From: an uncultured virus (IMG/VR IMGVR_UViG_2061766007_003336)
Taxonomy: Duplodnaviria > Heunggongvirae > Uroviricota > Caudoviricetes
Reading direction: 5' to 3' (one strand)
Virus record (IMG/VR): IMGVR_UViG_2061766007_003336
DNA length: 60,088 bases
The notes beneath the pieces are model-generated. The model worked only from the letters and a program-made list of their open reading frames with translations. It did no database searches and had not been told where the DNA came from. Of this stretch, positions 37,601 to 48,113 are shown one piece after another (position 1 is the first letter of the stretch; every line of letters starts with the position of its first letter). A program made the position numbers and the translations under genes.

Positions 37601-40321
37601 TACTCATATGCAATTACAGAATCTAACGGTACATTCATCCTTAGTTCCGGCTGGCCTGACAACAAACTGGTTTCACTTGGTATGGCTAATAAAGTTTACG
37701 CTCCGCTGGAAGGAGGCCGCATTGATTTGACGTTATGTTTCGAAGACCGGACCCGGGCAGCATTTGAGACGGGTGGGTCTTTGTCAGTTGACTGCGAGAC
37801 TCGTGACTTATCTCATATAGGAGCACTTATCAAACTCGAACGGGACCTCAGAAATCTGGATTTTGCGGTACGGATCAATGATTCCGGTTTGAAATCCAAT
37901 AATTGGGCAATTATACCTGATAATCCTTCAGGGGTTACCTACAACGCTGATGAATGGCAGGCATTCGATCCGGAGATTTTTCTGCCAAGGGCGCCGTGGT
38001 GGGTTTCGTCTGATCCTGCAATACGCTTTCCGAAGGTCTTTTTGTTTATCGATTGCGGTTTGGCGAAAAGTAACACAGCTCTTTCGAGCCGGTTTATTAA
38101 CTGCAATATTGAAGTTGATCTGACTAATGATCATATACTTGAGGAGCGGAGTTATTACAATTCAGAGCATAGTGCCTGGAGGTTGGCACCGTTAGCTCAG
38201 TTTATGGCTTCGCGGTTTTTCCGCCGTTCTCCGTACTTGTTTTATTTTGGAACAGGTGCTCCGCATTTGTACGGGACAAGTACCATCCTGGCAGGCACTG
38301 CCCTGCACTGGGATGTGTGCCAGTCAGAGAATACCTCCGTATCGTTTGTCTGGGACAGTCAGATTTATGCTGCGGCTGTATTTCCTGAAATTGTGAATGA
38401 GGACGGGAGCGAGGTGACTCATTTACCAGACAGTGGAAGCCATACTCTTTTTACATCCCGGGGAACCTTTATTTTTATGTCCGGTCTAAAAAGCGGAAAA
38501 GTCAGCATTCCTTCTCTATATATGCCCCCTGCCGGTGTTCCAAGGCTCAAGGCAAATGAGTCTGACTACGGACCCACGTTCCGTAGGGGTAACGCTGTTG
38601 CACTGTTTGAGTGTATGACCGGCTGTGAACTTAATGTCGGACAGCTCGATACCTTGTACAGACTGAATAACGACATGCTGCTCTCCGGTAGAACCGCGGC
38701 TGAGCCGATTGTTTACAATGAGCCTGAGCAGGGTTTTGTATTCTTTATATACCCCAGAGATCTCAGCAGTTCAGGTACAGACCGGCAGATTAACTGCAAT
38801 AACAGGCTTTATGTGGGCCGTTGGCACACGCGCATGCTGCTAGCGGGTATTTACGGATTATATGATTCATCCGTAGAAATTCACTATGCGTTCAACGATA
38901 TGGTGCATTCTCTCGGCTTGAATCAGTCTGTTACATCAAATACTTCCAGAGATATTAACTGGGGTATGAAGAACATGCGCCCCGGCGTAATGCGTAAGGT
39001 AACGCAGTGGATGAGTAAGGAAGTAGAAGAGTGTCATTTTTGCTACCTTCCCGCTGCTCCGCTGTTTTATCTCGCAGAAGTACATTCCTGCAGTATTAAA
39101 TTTGTGCCTACCGAGAAAAAAGGAGTATACGGGGTTACCCTGCTGGGAGGTACGAGACAGTTGAGCCCAGAGGTGTCCATGCGCGATGCTTATTACAGTA
39201 TCAGCCAGGGTGAGAATAATGAGTATAACAGTTATATTGCCAACTTCAGGAATACGGATGGCCGAGACTCCTTCAGACCCATTCGACTGGCAGTAGGTTG
39301 GGTACTGAGCGGTAACTCCGACACAACTACTATAACCGGAGAATACGTCTCTCCGAGTTCGAATAATACAATAAATTGTACAGTAACCCGTGCCAATCTT
39401 ATTGCCGGAGCGATGAATAAAGTTACAGGGTGGTGCTACAGACTGCATGCAGTGAAGTCCGATGATCGTGTACCTGAGCAGTACCATTACGATGCAAACA
39501 GGTATCCTGTAGTCAACCCTCTGTTTAGCGATATCTATTTTCCACCGTTATTGCCGGGTAGTGGGAGGCCGCTAGTAAACAGCCTGACCCTTAGAGACTC
39601 AGGGCCGTTATCTTTTCATCCCTGGGCGATGACTGTTACGACCGAAAGGGCTCTTGATGTGTGTGTGCCGGGTTTGTCAGCTCAAGACGGCAGACAGTCA
39701 GACGAGCCTGAATTACTTAAGAAATGCGCTTTGCTATTTGCGGACGCTACCTTGGTTGGGAACCCTGAGACTTATCACCCGTCTACTCCTTGGCTAGATG
39801 CAGCGGCTCCCGAGGCTACGTTAGAGTATTCACATGCCGTGGCTTCGGTAAGAAACAAGGATATTTTCCGTTTAAGTACCGGGTTAGCGCTTGGGTATAC
39901 CTTAGGGGAGTCTGCGATAGACTTGGCAGACGAGCATACCTTTGCAGGGTCAGTACCTGCCGACGCGGTAACTCTTCACCCGGTAGTCGGAGATGCTGCA
40001 GTTGCTGATGACCCGATGACTGCAGCAGCAAACCTTTTGCTTTCATCGTATTTAACAGGACCGAAGGTGAATACTCTCTGCCTGCTTAACGCTGCTAACA
40101 GTGTGGAACTCAGTACTCTGCTTGTAGCAACCTCTGACACCGAGTATAATCCCGAACTAACTGAGTTTGAGGCTGAAAGGGATAAGTCCTACGATGTCTC
40201 TGCCCCTGGAGCCGGTACTTACGGTACTTATATGATTTACGCAGGAGCATTATTGCATACGGTTGTTGTGGCTGGCTATGGGTTACCAGAGGTGCAACCA
40301 AATGAGGAACCTAGTAATTAG
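34616..40321 (+). CDS. very large virion/tail-associated protein (~1900 aa)
   Basis: 5.7-kb ORF heading the baseplate operon; GTG start after GAGGGAG; no motif recognised. Confidence 0.8.
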   Translation: MGPFDSEKIKGTFSKDISEVRQNDVWSSATINNFVRTVYDLFRMESAYRLTYKNSGQEIGERLLKDFDGSSPDYPSPSHRPFAMIPDLHFSVQQDEGGQSGYIKVTPVLRPMPGDAEDDSVFTHNDRDNEQRYRLFYGTGDVSQDVKPYSMFRYPRTSSGEESVPGTGTAAEDNYCIITYQCGADSAGYGGSGSVTPKYSRMVEIVCIYDPGISEGNSVITVERATDMPHTLPPVKFTFTFGKSVTVQNFADRLNGLVYGEGAPDKIFIARLAGDTGEANDATLLEALFDGDEATRQVRVLRFVPVRSCISFHPAPGGGDTLDLVSIESLTGRGDNFGTISLTEYDGTWETGAVFRHTGTYGFIIKNKINEAPSIEYASTLPLVYIPNKVNTEHYEPVVTDSEPTTPVSLPAWYEDMSSKKITMADTTDFSSDYFFVPYITITDRTIEIAGFSIDIDTLLLYEELTAAVIPGPYMPKLEESKVLYDSYKSFSNKPSRKRLTDKAATVFQEMQPAVNPDLLSGSEDIELGSSQALGLGANKKLKGDGAVKSFALDRTLQMMLGLNWKLNDIIWIDPLLLGRPDYEDRQRHMYGSVARAIEDDAKWGRGSLIRPTTVFIHVTDAEDDSPAYSNDPEDSTYQSEASSPRRNMWREIYADYLPEGVRHLALRATVSSRESAITQPGFGLDFAYGKTNLYLRVIQHPALFSTVASNCWEHDSTVSDGTGMKHLICHTDLYQQSSGSQAFPGFGDIDLNVDYHPLKGQDFSGVRHVCIDDMYAGRRVPNKIPNNKVRLSGIKAHTLTYIPRAFCFDGSKYAAQGLTCLKSSPSDTWEEYGNYIKIPGTDAAGIPDGGRLDWVGFNREVIIDQDCAIMSVDMSIDVTAEGCTPSSRVITGSCISYLNFNASIPTIRLVHGRMDVSYPQGGDSSSCPVTIPAAGQLMLWRSDSGSTCTADVTMLQIMNRKASHGGDNTVVFTPVAWPFRISVTGQLMSPFAPAYSYAITESNGTFILSSGWPDNKLVSLGMANKVYAPLEGGRIDLTLCFEDRTRAAFETGGSLSVDCETRDLSHIGALIKLERDLRNLDFAVRINDSGLKSNNWAIIPDNPSGVTYNADEWQAFDPEIFLPRAPWWVSSDPAIRFPKVFLFIDCGLAKSNTALSSRFINCNIEVDLTNDHILEERSYYNSEHSAWRLAPLAQFMASRFFRRSPYLFYFGTGAPHLYGTSTILAGTALHWDVCQSENTSVSFVWDSQIYAAAVFPEIVNEDGSEVTHLPDSGSHTLFTSRGTFIFMSGLKSGKVSIPSLYMPPAGVPRLKANESDYGPTFRRGNAVALFECMTGCELNVGQLDTLYRLNNDMLLSGRTAAEPIVYNEPEQGFVFFIYPRDLSSSGTDRQINCNNRLYVGRWHTRMLLAGIYGLYDSSVEIHYAFNDMVHSLGLNQSVTSNTSRDINWGMKNMRPGVMRKVTQWMSKEVEECHFCYLPAAPLFYLAEVHSCSIKFVPTEKKGVYGVTLLGGTRQLSPEVSMRDAYYSISQGENNEYNSYIANFRNTDGRDSFRPIRLAVGWVLSGNSDTTTITGEYVSPSSNNTINCTVTRANLIAGAMNKVTGWCYRLHAVKSDDRVPEQYHYDANRYPVVNPLFSDIYFPPLLPGSGRPLVNSLTLRDSGPLSFHPWAMTVTTERALDVCVPGLSAQDGRQSDEPELLKKCALLFADATLVGNPETYHPSTPWLDAAAPEATLEYSHAVASVRNKDIFRLSTGLALGYTLGESAIDLADEHTFAGSVPADAVTLHPVVGDAAVADDPMTAAANLLLSSYLTGPKVNTLCLLNAANSVELSTLLVATSDTEYNPELTEFEAERDKSYDVSAPGAGTYGTYMIYAGALLHTVVVAGYGLPEVQPNEEPSN

Positions 40322-40344
40322 AATAAAAGTCAGAGACGGAGGCA

Positions 40345-42870
40345 TTGATGAATATTGTGACTAACAGCGCTGAAGTAGCTGAAGAAATAATCGCCAGAGT
40401 CAAGCAGGCGACGCCGAATGCAAGTATCGTGCCCGGAACGCCGGTTTATGACCTCCTGGTTAACCGTCTGGCGGGCATCATTGCCGACGAGCGCGAGCTT
40501 GTGAATGTAGCGACGAATATCGCCAGAGTGGCTCCCATGTTCGGGGATGACGGGAAGTTACTGCCGGAGTTCAGTGATATGGCTGATTATCTTACCGACA
40601 GATTCTTTCTTACAAGACCTGAGTCGAGTGAGATTTACGACACAGTCTATCTCAGGTTCACCAACCGTACCGGCGTCCGCATTCTCGCTAAGAGTGAACT
40701 CTGGTACGGAACGCTACGTCTGCAGCTGGCCCCGACATATATTACCGAGGATTCGCCTCTATGGAAAGTCGAAGTTTATAACGGGTATTTTACTTATACC
40801 CACCCGGTCGATGTAGCGACAAGGATTGACACTGCTGTCACTATTCCGGCTACCGAAGAGTGGGTAACCGGCGGAGTGCAGGTCGAGTCCAAGGACCCTG
40901 TCGTTGTGCTTGGGGCAGTCAGCCGCAAGGCTATCAACACCACCGCTGAGCCGGAAGTGACGTTTGACTACCTCAAATACAGCATATCCAACAGGTCGTT
41001 GTCCAACACTAGAGCGGTCCTGTACAATCTCAGAACGAATCTGGGCTTTAATCCTGACCGGCTGGTCAAGGCCAGAGTGCTGCATACAATGGAGCCTTGC
41101 TTCATAGAGCGCAGGAAAATCCTGTATGAAGACGGCCCCGCAGGAGGTATATCCGACGATGCCGGTCTCGGCAGGACCGACAGCACCGGTTTCCGTCTTA
41201 TGACTGCGGTAGTCAGCGGCGACGGTAAGATTATGCTCGATTACGGGACCGGATTATACAAGGCTCCTGTGGATGCTGTGCGTATAGACCGTAGTGACCC
41301 TCTCTACAGTGAGCTTAATCCGCTTATTAAAGACGATGACCCTGCAGACGCTGTGACCGAGCTCAATCTCAACGGCGCCCGCGACCTGACAGGTAAGGTC
41401 ACACTTACTCCGCTTGCACCTTCCGAAGCGCAGGATACGGATGTCGTAACCCGTGTGACAGTCACCGTGCACGTGACTGAACCTGAGGAGGCCCATTATA
41501 CAGGCGAAGAGGATATCTCTGGAAGATTTGCCAGAATATGGCTTTACAAAGAAGACTCTACGGAGGGAATTGCCGCTGACCCTTCAGGCTGGATTTCGCT
41601 TGACTGCGATATCGACCGCTTCACACAGGAAACAGCATCTGCTTCTGTAACGTGGTCAGCAGACTTCAGGTACCACCGTGACAACTATATGCTGTTCAGA
41701 ATAGATACAAGCGGTCTCGGACTGCTCAGCCCGGTTTCGATCGGTACAGAGTCCGACATGGACGCACTCACGGAGACGCTGACATCAGTGGATCCCGATG
41801 AGCTGATCCCGTCGGGGACACGTGCGTCAGTCGCATATCCCGGGTCTACGCTTGTCGTTCACGGAAATGTTCAGAACGGCAACCGTTTGTTTTCAAATGT
41901 TGATTTTACGATGCGGCGTCCGTCAGATGGAATGGCGGTAAACAATAATCTGATTCTGCCCGGAGGCGGACCGCTTTACTGGAAAGTGCTCCGCAAGCAG
42001 GGAGTTTCAGATGTACGGTACATTGTTTTGTCAACAGATCCTGAGTTCAAGAACCGTGATAAGGGTCTCGGTGCACTGGAGGTTTCCTGCAGCGGTTTAC
42101 CCTCAGGAAGCGTAACGAGGCAGCTGAAGCTCAGCTCGGATATAACGCTGACACTGACATTCGATATAGCGGTGCTGTTTACCTGGAATGTCAATCTTCA
42201 GAAATCCTCGGAACAGTATTTTTATCCGGCCGCAGGCTTTATAAGAAACAGTAACCGTTATCTTGTTTACGCCGTCAACCCCTCAGGCACTGTATCTGAT
42301 GAAAATGTCAAAGCATGGCTCCTTTACTACGGTACTGATCCCGATCTGATGACCAGAGCCCAGGAGCTCTATCTTAACAGTCAGTTCATGGAAGTCGGCA
42401 ACAGGATAACTGTTTCCCCGTTCCGGCCGATGGTTTTCACTGCCTACTGGGGCCCTGACTACGTAACCCAGTTCATTCCCGAGAGCAAAGCGGACGATGA
42501 TCCTGAACGTTATGATACCGTAAGATCACAGTTTATCGATCTTCAGGCATGGCTCGAAGACTGGTTCTCATCATATGCAGGCGATATTTCGGATATAGAT
42601 TTTGCAGAAGTGGCAGCCGGAGGACAGCAGGCCACTGGGCTCGTTATCAAGCGCCTTGACTGGACGCTGTTTACTCAGAGGGGTTATACTGTCCGCGGTG
42701 TGCTTGACATAAATCTCGATCATACCTGCCGCATTGACTGGCAGAAAGATGTTGTAGATGTTGTTGAGTCGTCAGTAGGATTTAACAGAGCTTTTGTTAC
42801 TGAAGAACGTGAGTCTGCAGTAACTGACGAGAGTCTTTACAGACCTTTATTCAGCAGGGTGGCTCCATGA
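40345..42870 (+). CDS. baseplate J-like wedge protein
   Basis: N-terminal PGTPVYDLLV...DYLTDRFFLTR...VYLRF pattern and gene order. Confidence 0.65.
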   Translation: MMNIVTNSAEVAEEIIARVKQATPNASIVPGTPVYDLLVNRLAGIIADERELVNVATNIARVAPMFGDDGKLLPEFSDMADYLTDRFFLTRPESSEIYDTVYLRFTNRTGVRILAKSELWYGTLRLQLAPTYITEDSPLWKVEVYNGYFTYTHPVDVATRIDTAVTIPATEEWVTGGVQVESKDPVVVLGAVSRKAINTTAEPEVTFDYLKYSISNRSLSNTRAVLYNLRTNLGFNPDRLVKARVLHTMEPCFIERRKILYEDGPAGGISDDAGLGRTDSTGFRLMTAVVSGDGKIMLDYGTGLYKAPVDAVRIDRSDPLYSELNPLIKDDDPADAVTELNLNGARDLTGKVTLTPLAPSEAQDTDVVTRVTVTVHVTEPEEAHYTGEEDISGRFARIWLYKEDSTEGIAADPSGWISLDCDIDRFTQETASASVTWSADFRYHRDNYMLFRIDTSGLGLLSPVSIGTESDMDALTETLTSVDPDELIPSGTRASVAYPGSTLVVHGNVQNGNRLFSNVDFTMRRPSDGMAVNNNLILPGGGPLYWKVLRKQGVSDVRYIVLSTDPEFKNRDKGLGALEVSCSGLPSGSVTRQLKLSSDITLTLTFDIAVLFTWNVNLQKSSEQYFYPAAGFIRNSNRYLVYAVNPSGTVSDENVKAWLLYYGTDPDLMTRAQELYLNSQFMEVGNRITVSPFRPMVFTAYWGPDYVTQFIPESKADDDPERYDTVRSQFIDLQAWLEDWFSSYAGDISDIDFAEVAAGGQQATGLVIKRLDWTLFTQRGYTVRGVLDINLDHTCRIDWQKDVVDVVESSVGFNRAFVTEERESAVTDESLYRPLFSRVAP

Positions 42871-45053
42871 TAAACTGGAAAGGATACGTTCCCGATCTGA
42901 TACCGCTTTTCTGGCGGTACACGGATGATTCCGTACACAAAGTGCTTACTGCGGCCGAAGACAGCCTGAAGGATCTGTTTCAGGACGTCGAGACACGGTA
43001 CAAGGCTCTGGCGATTGAGACCTGTGAAGACTATAAGCCTGAGCTGCTCCGCCCGATGTACCTGTACATGCTTACGGACGATGACGGTAGGTTTCCGGAG
43101 GCTCAGTGGAAGAAGTTCAAGGAATACCAGAAAAAGTTCTTCAGGGACCGTTATTTTATCTATCCCGAGAGCCCTGATCCTGGTACCTTACTCTGGAAAA
43201 GTATCCAGGAGATCACTGACTGTACTGCTCTATATAACGGCATTACCGTAACGAAGGATACCGGTTATTTCTGGATTGAAACACCGGACGGCGGTGGTCC
43301 TGGAACTATAGTGTTCAAGACTAACCCGTTTGACGTGTTTCTCGGCAGGTGGACGGAAACAGAGATTACCGCTCCGTGGAAGCGTACTTACAGATGCAGA
43401 CGGCTGGTGCTCCGGGTATCCGGCTTGAACATGTCAGAATCCGTTATGGAGACACATTACGCCGACCTGATATCAACACCTGAAGTGATCGACATGTTCC
43501 GTGATGATGGTGCTCTTTCAGCGTTCGTCTATAATTTTTACAGAACTTTGTACCGCGGCGCTACTCAGATGTCGATCGCGGCGTTTGTAAATTCGCTCGC
43601 CGGTTATGATTATATAAAAAGTGATTATGAGACCGTGGGAACGTGGGGTGTATCGTATGATCCCGAAACGGGGACTGAGTTAAACAGGTGGCTTCTGACA
43701 GATAAGAACAAATATTACCTGCCGTTTGATGTAAATTTCGGCCGCTGGGTCAAACCTGGTGCCGTTTTGCCGAAATACACCCCGCTGGCCAGACTGCTGG
43801 ACGTTTATTCCTATGACGATGATCCCGACTGGATCTTTGATTCTACTACGGGAGCAGCAGGGTATCTTGAAGGCGTGGTCACGACCAGAGGAGGCGCCTC
43901 GGGCGCAGTAGATAACCCGTTCTTCATGTTTGCCACTGATCAGCCGAACCCGCCGAGATTCGATTTGTGCCGCCAGCTTGAACGCAGAAACCTCTCCTCT
44001 CAGGAAGGCAGCCCCGTCAACCACTTCCAGACCCTTGAGGAAGGATTGTGGCACAATCTGGTGGGTCGTAATATTGTTTACGTCGTATTCAGAGATCAGG
44101 AGCTGTATGAGAAATACTGCAACGTGATTTATGATTTGCTGCTTGAGGTTGTTCCCATACACGTTCACTGCATAGTGGATTATGAGCTTGACGGCTGGTT
44201 CTTTTACGATCCGGAGCTTACGGATGAAACCGGTGTTACCTGGTTTGCCGACGAAGATTTTAAACTTATTGAAGATCCTGAGGGTAAGGACATTTATGGC
44301 GAGCTCAGCATTTACCACCCGCTGCCGGCAGATGAGGAGAATGTGTACCATTACGGTGATACCGTGTCAGTAATCGGCAGGGCGCCTGTAAATTCACTTG
44401 TTAAACTGACTCTTACTGATTCCGGCGGTAGCACGTTTACACCTGAATCCCTTGAGCCTGCACTGCTTCCGAATCCGTTTTATGTGTACGGCGACGGCCT
44501 GTTTGAGTTTGATTTCAAGGTCATTGAGACTCTCCTGCCGAGGAACGCTGTTCTCAGACTGACTATCGTTCCTGAAGACGGAGAGGACAGCGATCCCAGA
44601 GCTGCCGAAGTTCCCGTCAGGATCGTTGAGCATACTCTTGACTTTAGTACGCCTTCAGGGTCCTACGCATGGCACGGGTACGATTTTACTCTTACCGGAA
44701 CTACGGATGCTCCCGACGGACATTGGGTGAAACTCACCTGGCCCGGGGACCCGACTGATCCGGGCAGTGCGACGGTAGAAGCTGAAGTTCACGTAACCGG
44801 CGGCGTGTTCACGTATACTACGGATAGTCTTCCAGCAGGTGAATATACTGTATATGCAGACGTACGGAACGGAACCCGCAGGAGCGGGTCCGCCGGAGAG
44901 GACAGGTTTACTGACAGACCTGCTTCGGTATCACTCAGGGTAATGCCCAACGAGATTGACTATGCTGAGTGTACGCTGTATGAGGGCAGCGGTCTCAGAG
45001 ATGATTTTGAAATAACCTATCCTGTACAGGATCCCGATGAGGAGGAGGAATAG
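42867..45053 (+). CDS. baseplate wedge protein with C-terminal Ig-like domains
   Basis: LLEVVPIHV motif; FTLTGTTDAPDG...LPAGEYTVYA Ig-like segment; lies between the J-like and fibre genes. Confidence 0.6.
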   Translation: MINWKGYVPDLIPLFWRYTDDSVHKVLTAAEDSLKDLFQDVETRYKALAIETCEDYKPELLRPMYLYMLTDDDGRFPEAQWKKFKEYQKKFFRDRYFIYPESPDPGTLLWKSIQEITDCTALYNGITVTKDTGYFWIETPDGGGPGTIVFKTNPFDVFLGRWTETEITAPWKRTYRCRRLVLRVSGLNMSESVMETHYADLISTPEVIDMFRDDGALSAFVYNFYRTLYRGATQMSIAAFVNSLAGYDYIKSDYETVGTWGVSYDPETGTELNRWLLTDKNKYYLPFDVNFGRWVKPGAVLPKYTPLARLLDVYSYDDDPDWIFDSTTGAAGYLEGVVTTRGGASGAVDNPFFMFATDQPNPPRFDLCRQLERRNLSSQEGSPVNHFQTLEEGLWHNLVGRNIVYVVFRDQELYEKYCNVIYDLLLEVVPIHVHCIVDYELDGWFFYDPELTDETGVTWFADEDFKLIEDPEGKDIYGELSIYHPLPADEENVYHYGDTVSVIGRAPVNSLVKLTLTDSGGSTFTPESLEPALLPNPFYVYGDGLFEFDFKVIETLLPRNAVLRLTIVPEDGEDSDPRAAEVPVRIVEHTLDFSTPSGSYAWHGYDFTLTGTTDAPDGHWVKLTWPGDPTDPGSATVEAEVHVTGGVFTYTTDSLPAGEYTVYADVRNGTRRSGSAGEDRFTDRPASVSLRVMPNEIDYAECTLYEGSGLRDDFEITYPVQDPDEEEE

Positions 45054-45055
45054 AT

Positions 45056-46498
45056 ATGACTTTAACAAGCAGATTTACCAATGCAGGCCTTGATTTACTG
45101 GCCGACTGGGCAGCCCATCCTGAACATGCCAGGCCTTTTTCGATAATGAAGCTCGGCACACTCACTGATGCCGAGTATGAAACAAAAGAGTATGACGGAT
45201 CCGAAACTGATATTACGCATACAGGGTCTGATGATCCGGTTGCAGAACTCGTCGTTACAACGGTAAAAGTCACTTCCACTGGAGGTTTGGCAGGCAGCGC
45301 TGTGGCCAAGGTCACCGGAGCGCTTCGTCCGAACGTTGCCGGAGAGGGTCGTGAGCTTAGAGGACATCACATCCGGGAGATAGGTTTGTTTATCGACGGG
45401 GCATCTGTGCCCGATCCTATGATCCTGGTCTGGATAGGCACCTTCCCTGATCAGTATATCCCTACAGAAGAAGAGTCGTCCATCGATGTGCAGATGAGCA
45501 TAACAGTTCCGGTGAAATTTGACAATGCGGCGGCTGTGCAGGTCGTTACTGACAATGCGCTTGTCGAGCAGCGCGTCGCTACGCTTGAGAATGATGTTCA
45601 GACTATGAACGGCGGCGCAGCCACTGTAACGCCGAAGGCAAGTCAGGCTGATATGGAAAAAGCTGCCAAGTGTATCAATAAGATGAATGCTTCAGGCACC
45701 CCTGGGCCAACCTTGCCTGAGCTGAGTCAGGTAAACCTTAAAGCGGATCAAGCGGATTTTGAGACGCTGCAGAAATATGCCAGGATACTGAATACTGGTG
45801 ATGAGACTAGTACCACCGCCGCCAAGCAGAAGGCCAACCAGACTGATTTCGAGGCGTTGCAGAAATATGCCAGGAAAATGAATACCGGGAATGAGAATGA
45901 CAGTACAACAGCAGCAGTTCAGAAGGCGAATGCGTCTGACGTAACCGAGATTGCCCGGGTATTAAATAAACTGAATACCGGAGGGTCAGGAACGACAATA
46001 CCTCAGATTGGTACTGTTAGTGAAAAAATCAGCGGAAAATTTATACAGGCTGGGGATATGCAGCCGATACCATCAAGGCCCTACCCCCGACCTTTCCCTA
46101 CTGATATGGAATTAGCCTGGCTTCAATGCGCTAGTACTGAGGGTGACACAAGTGTGATAAGGGCGCTGAGCAATGTAAAGCCAGGGGTGTCCCGGCCAGC
46201 GTTTCTAACCGGCACATACCCCCTTGCGCTGCCGGAAGAGGGAGACGAAGTCAGGTTACACATCGATATCTGGAGGCTAGTTTTTGAGGATAATGTGGGC
46301 AGAACAGAGATGGTTAACAGTTTTGATTTATACATAAATTTTACTCAGGGAAGGACAGGAATTGTAGGTACAGGGATAGCGTATGCCTCAGAGACGAGTG
46401 CTGTGCTGGTTACATCAGACAGATGGCTCTTTTTTGACTTTAACAGCAGTATAAGCGGAGGCGGAACCTTGTTTTATTCCGCCGTATACCTATATTAG
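45056..46498 (+). CDS. tail fibre protein with tail-collar (P2 gpH-like) N-terminus
   Basis: FTNAGLDLLA...GHHIREIGLF N-terminal motif; internal helical repeats. Confidence 0.75.
   Translation: MTLTSRFTNAGLDLLADWAAHPEHARPFSIMKLGTLTDAEYETKEYDGSETDITHTGSDDPVAELVVTTVKVTSTGGLAGSAVAKVTGALRPNVAGEGRELRGHHIREIGLFIDGASVPDPMILVWIGTFPDQYIPTEEESSIDVQMSITVPVKFDNAAAVQVVTDNALVEQRVATLENDVQTMNGGAATVTPKASQADMEKAAKCINKMNASGTPGPTLPELSQVNLKADQADFETLQKYARILNTGDETSTTAAKQKANQTDFEALQKYARKMNTGNENDSTTAAVQKANASDVTEIARVLNKLNTGGSGTTIPQIGTVSEKISGKFIQAGDMQPIPSRPYPRPFPTDMELAWLQCASTEGDTSVIRALSNVKPGVSRPAFLTGTYPLALPEEGDEVRLHIDIWRLVFEDNVGRTEMVNSFDLYINFTQGRTGIVGTGIAYASETSAVLVTSDRWLFFDFNSSISGGGTLFYSAVYLY
45635..45985 (+). repeat. 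four ~30-aa internal repeats in the tail fibre
   Basis: KA.Q.D.E...K...K.N.G units; near-identical DNA at 45755 and 45845 (90-bp period). Confidence 0.8.
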
Positions 46499-46580
46499 TA
46501 TCCTGCAAAATGATATAAGTCTTTGAGCAGACAAATCCGTCTGCCGTCATATTATCTAAATTTAGTTTAAGGAGCTGAAC

Positions 46581-47177
46581 ATGAAGAAAATTGCTGAGAT
46601 TCTGTCTGAATTTATCGGAGAACACAAGTGCATATGCTGGCTTGCGCTCCGACAGCTTGACAGGATGTTTGAAAACGAGGTCGACGGGGACAGCGACAGT
46701 AAGGACGATCTGTTCCTTGTTTTTCTGAAGGAGAACATGACTGAAACACAGTACGCAGAGTTGTTTGAAGCTCTGCAGACAGACAAAGAAAATATTCCGG
46801 AGAGTTTCACCGAAGCAGTCCGGAAGGAGCTTCAGGACTACAAGCCTTCTCTGGGAGAAACACTGCTTTACCTGAAAAAGAACCGACTCCTGCTTGCCCA
46901 CATTGAGGAGACCGTATTTTCCGATGATACGCTGCCGTACGGAAGTATGGCACCTTACTGGCTTCTGTTCGGAGCTCTTAGTGTTATCACGGATGACGAA
47001 GGAGCGCTCAGGATGCTGTCACGGGCATTGCTGAATGCCAACTGGTGGTTTTCGATGGTAGCCGCCAGGCTCGAGGGCAATACGGATGATGTTTCATGTG
47101 ACATCAGAGAATATCTGACTGAGGCTATCAGGGAGCTACGGACACTTACGGCGCATAACGGAGGGCTTGAAAAATGA
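46581..47177 (+). CDS. hypothetical protein
   Basis: ORF with AAGGAG RBS. Confidence 0.7.
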   Translation: MKKIAEILSEFIGEHKCICWLALRQLDRMFENEVDGDSDSKDDLFLVFLKENMTETQYAELFEALQTDKENIPESFTEAVRKELQDYKPSLGETLLYLKKNRLLLAHIEETVFSDDTLPYGSMAPYWLLFGALSVITDDEGALRMLSRALLNANWWFSMVAARLEGNTDDVSCDIREYLTEAIRELRTLTAHNGGLEK

Positions 47178-47533
47178 AAGACGGTAAATCCCTTCGTCAC
47201 TATCTGAAGCCATGGTCTCTGCGTACCGACAGCAGGGAGTTTCTTGAAGCGCGGGATGCGGCAGTAAGAGAGCTGCAGAAGACTTGTGCAGGACTTAGTC
47301 CGGATGACATTGAAACCATCGCTATGTCAGCGTTCTTTCTCGGGGCGAAGTTCGGCTTTACACAGGGATTGAAGCTCGGCGAGATGCTCGGCTGGGAGGC
47401 AGGTAAAGAGGACGGCTGCGACGGTGCGTTCGACGACTGGCGCAACTATGATCAGCTGAAGAAGCTGGAGAAAGAAAACCAGGCAGATATCGAGGCGTTT
47501 AAAGCCATCGCATATACGGAGAGTAAAGAATAA
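47174..47533 (+). CDS. hypothetical protein
   Basis: ATGA-coupled ORF with G..G..G repeat; followed by hairpin GGAGCAGC/GCTGCTCC near 47567-47597. Confidence 0.65.
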   Translation: MKDGKSLRHYLKPWSLRTDSREFLEARDAAVRELQKTCAGLSPDDIETIAMSAFFLGAKFGFTQGLKLGEMLGWEAGKEDGCDGAFDDWRNYDQLKKLEKENQADIEAFKAIAYTESKE

Positions 47534-47683
47534 AGGAACAGCGGGCAGACGTACTAGAATCCGAAGGGAGCAGCGGGATGAATTTCCTGCTGCTCCGTTA
47601 CGAATTTTTCGGTATGTTCTTGCCTTAGATACAGGAAACGGCTATTATTAGGTGTTGATTTTTTTGTTTCCGGAGGACTCAGG

Positions 47684-48112
47684 ATGACAGCTACCAGTAA
47701 GAATTACGTAGTTAAAACAAGTGATGTCTACAGCCCTGGTCACAATACCGACCTGGCAACAGTTCTCAATAATATTGACGATAAGCTCACACCGCATATC
47801 GTAACTATCGACACGGCGGCTCCGAGCATCACTCTTGCAGATAACACTATATACAATGCACCTGCAGCCACGGAACTCACAAGTATAGTGATAGATTTCT
47901 CATCCACACCTTATCCTGTCGACATGGGAGCACAGCTCAATTTCAGCAGCGGCGCTACCGCTACCGCTTTCACTGCTCCAGGATCAGGCATACTCTGGTA
48001 CGGTGATGATCTCGTATCGGATGTTTTCGTTCCTCAGGCGAACGTAAGATACAATATACTGTTCTATTCCGATGGAGCAGGAACCATTCGCGCCATCGTA
48101 CAGGGGGTGTAA
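47684..48112 (+). CDS. small tail-fibre-associated beta-rich protein
   Basis: GGAGG RBS; FSSGATAT...ILW...PQANVRYNILF pattern; adjacent to the fibre gene. Confidence 0.6.
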   Translation: MTATSKNYVVKTSDVYSPGHNTDLATVLNNIDDKLTPHIVTIDTAAPSITLADNTIYNAPAATELTSIVIDFSSTPYPVDMGAQLNFSSGATATAFTAPGSGILWYGDDLVSDVFVPQANVRYNILFYSDGAGTIRAIVQGV

Positions 48113-48113
48113 A

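Noticed and set aside
45755..45890. Near-identical repeats in the tail fibre as a DGR TR/VR pair
   Set aside because: Mismatches are T/C, A/G, C/T, T/A and C/A, so not adenine-specific. Both copies are in-frame coding repeats, and the RT lacks DGR-type motifs.
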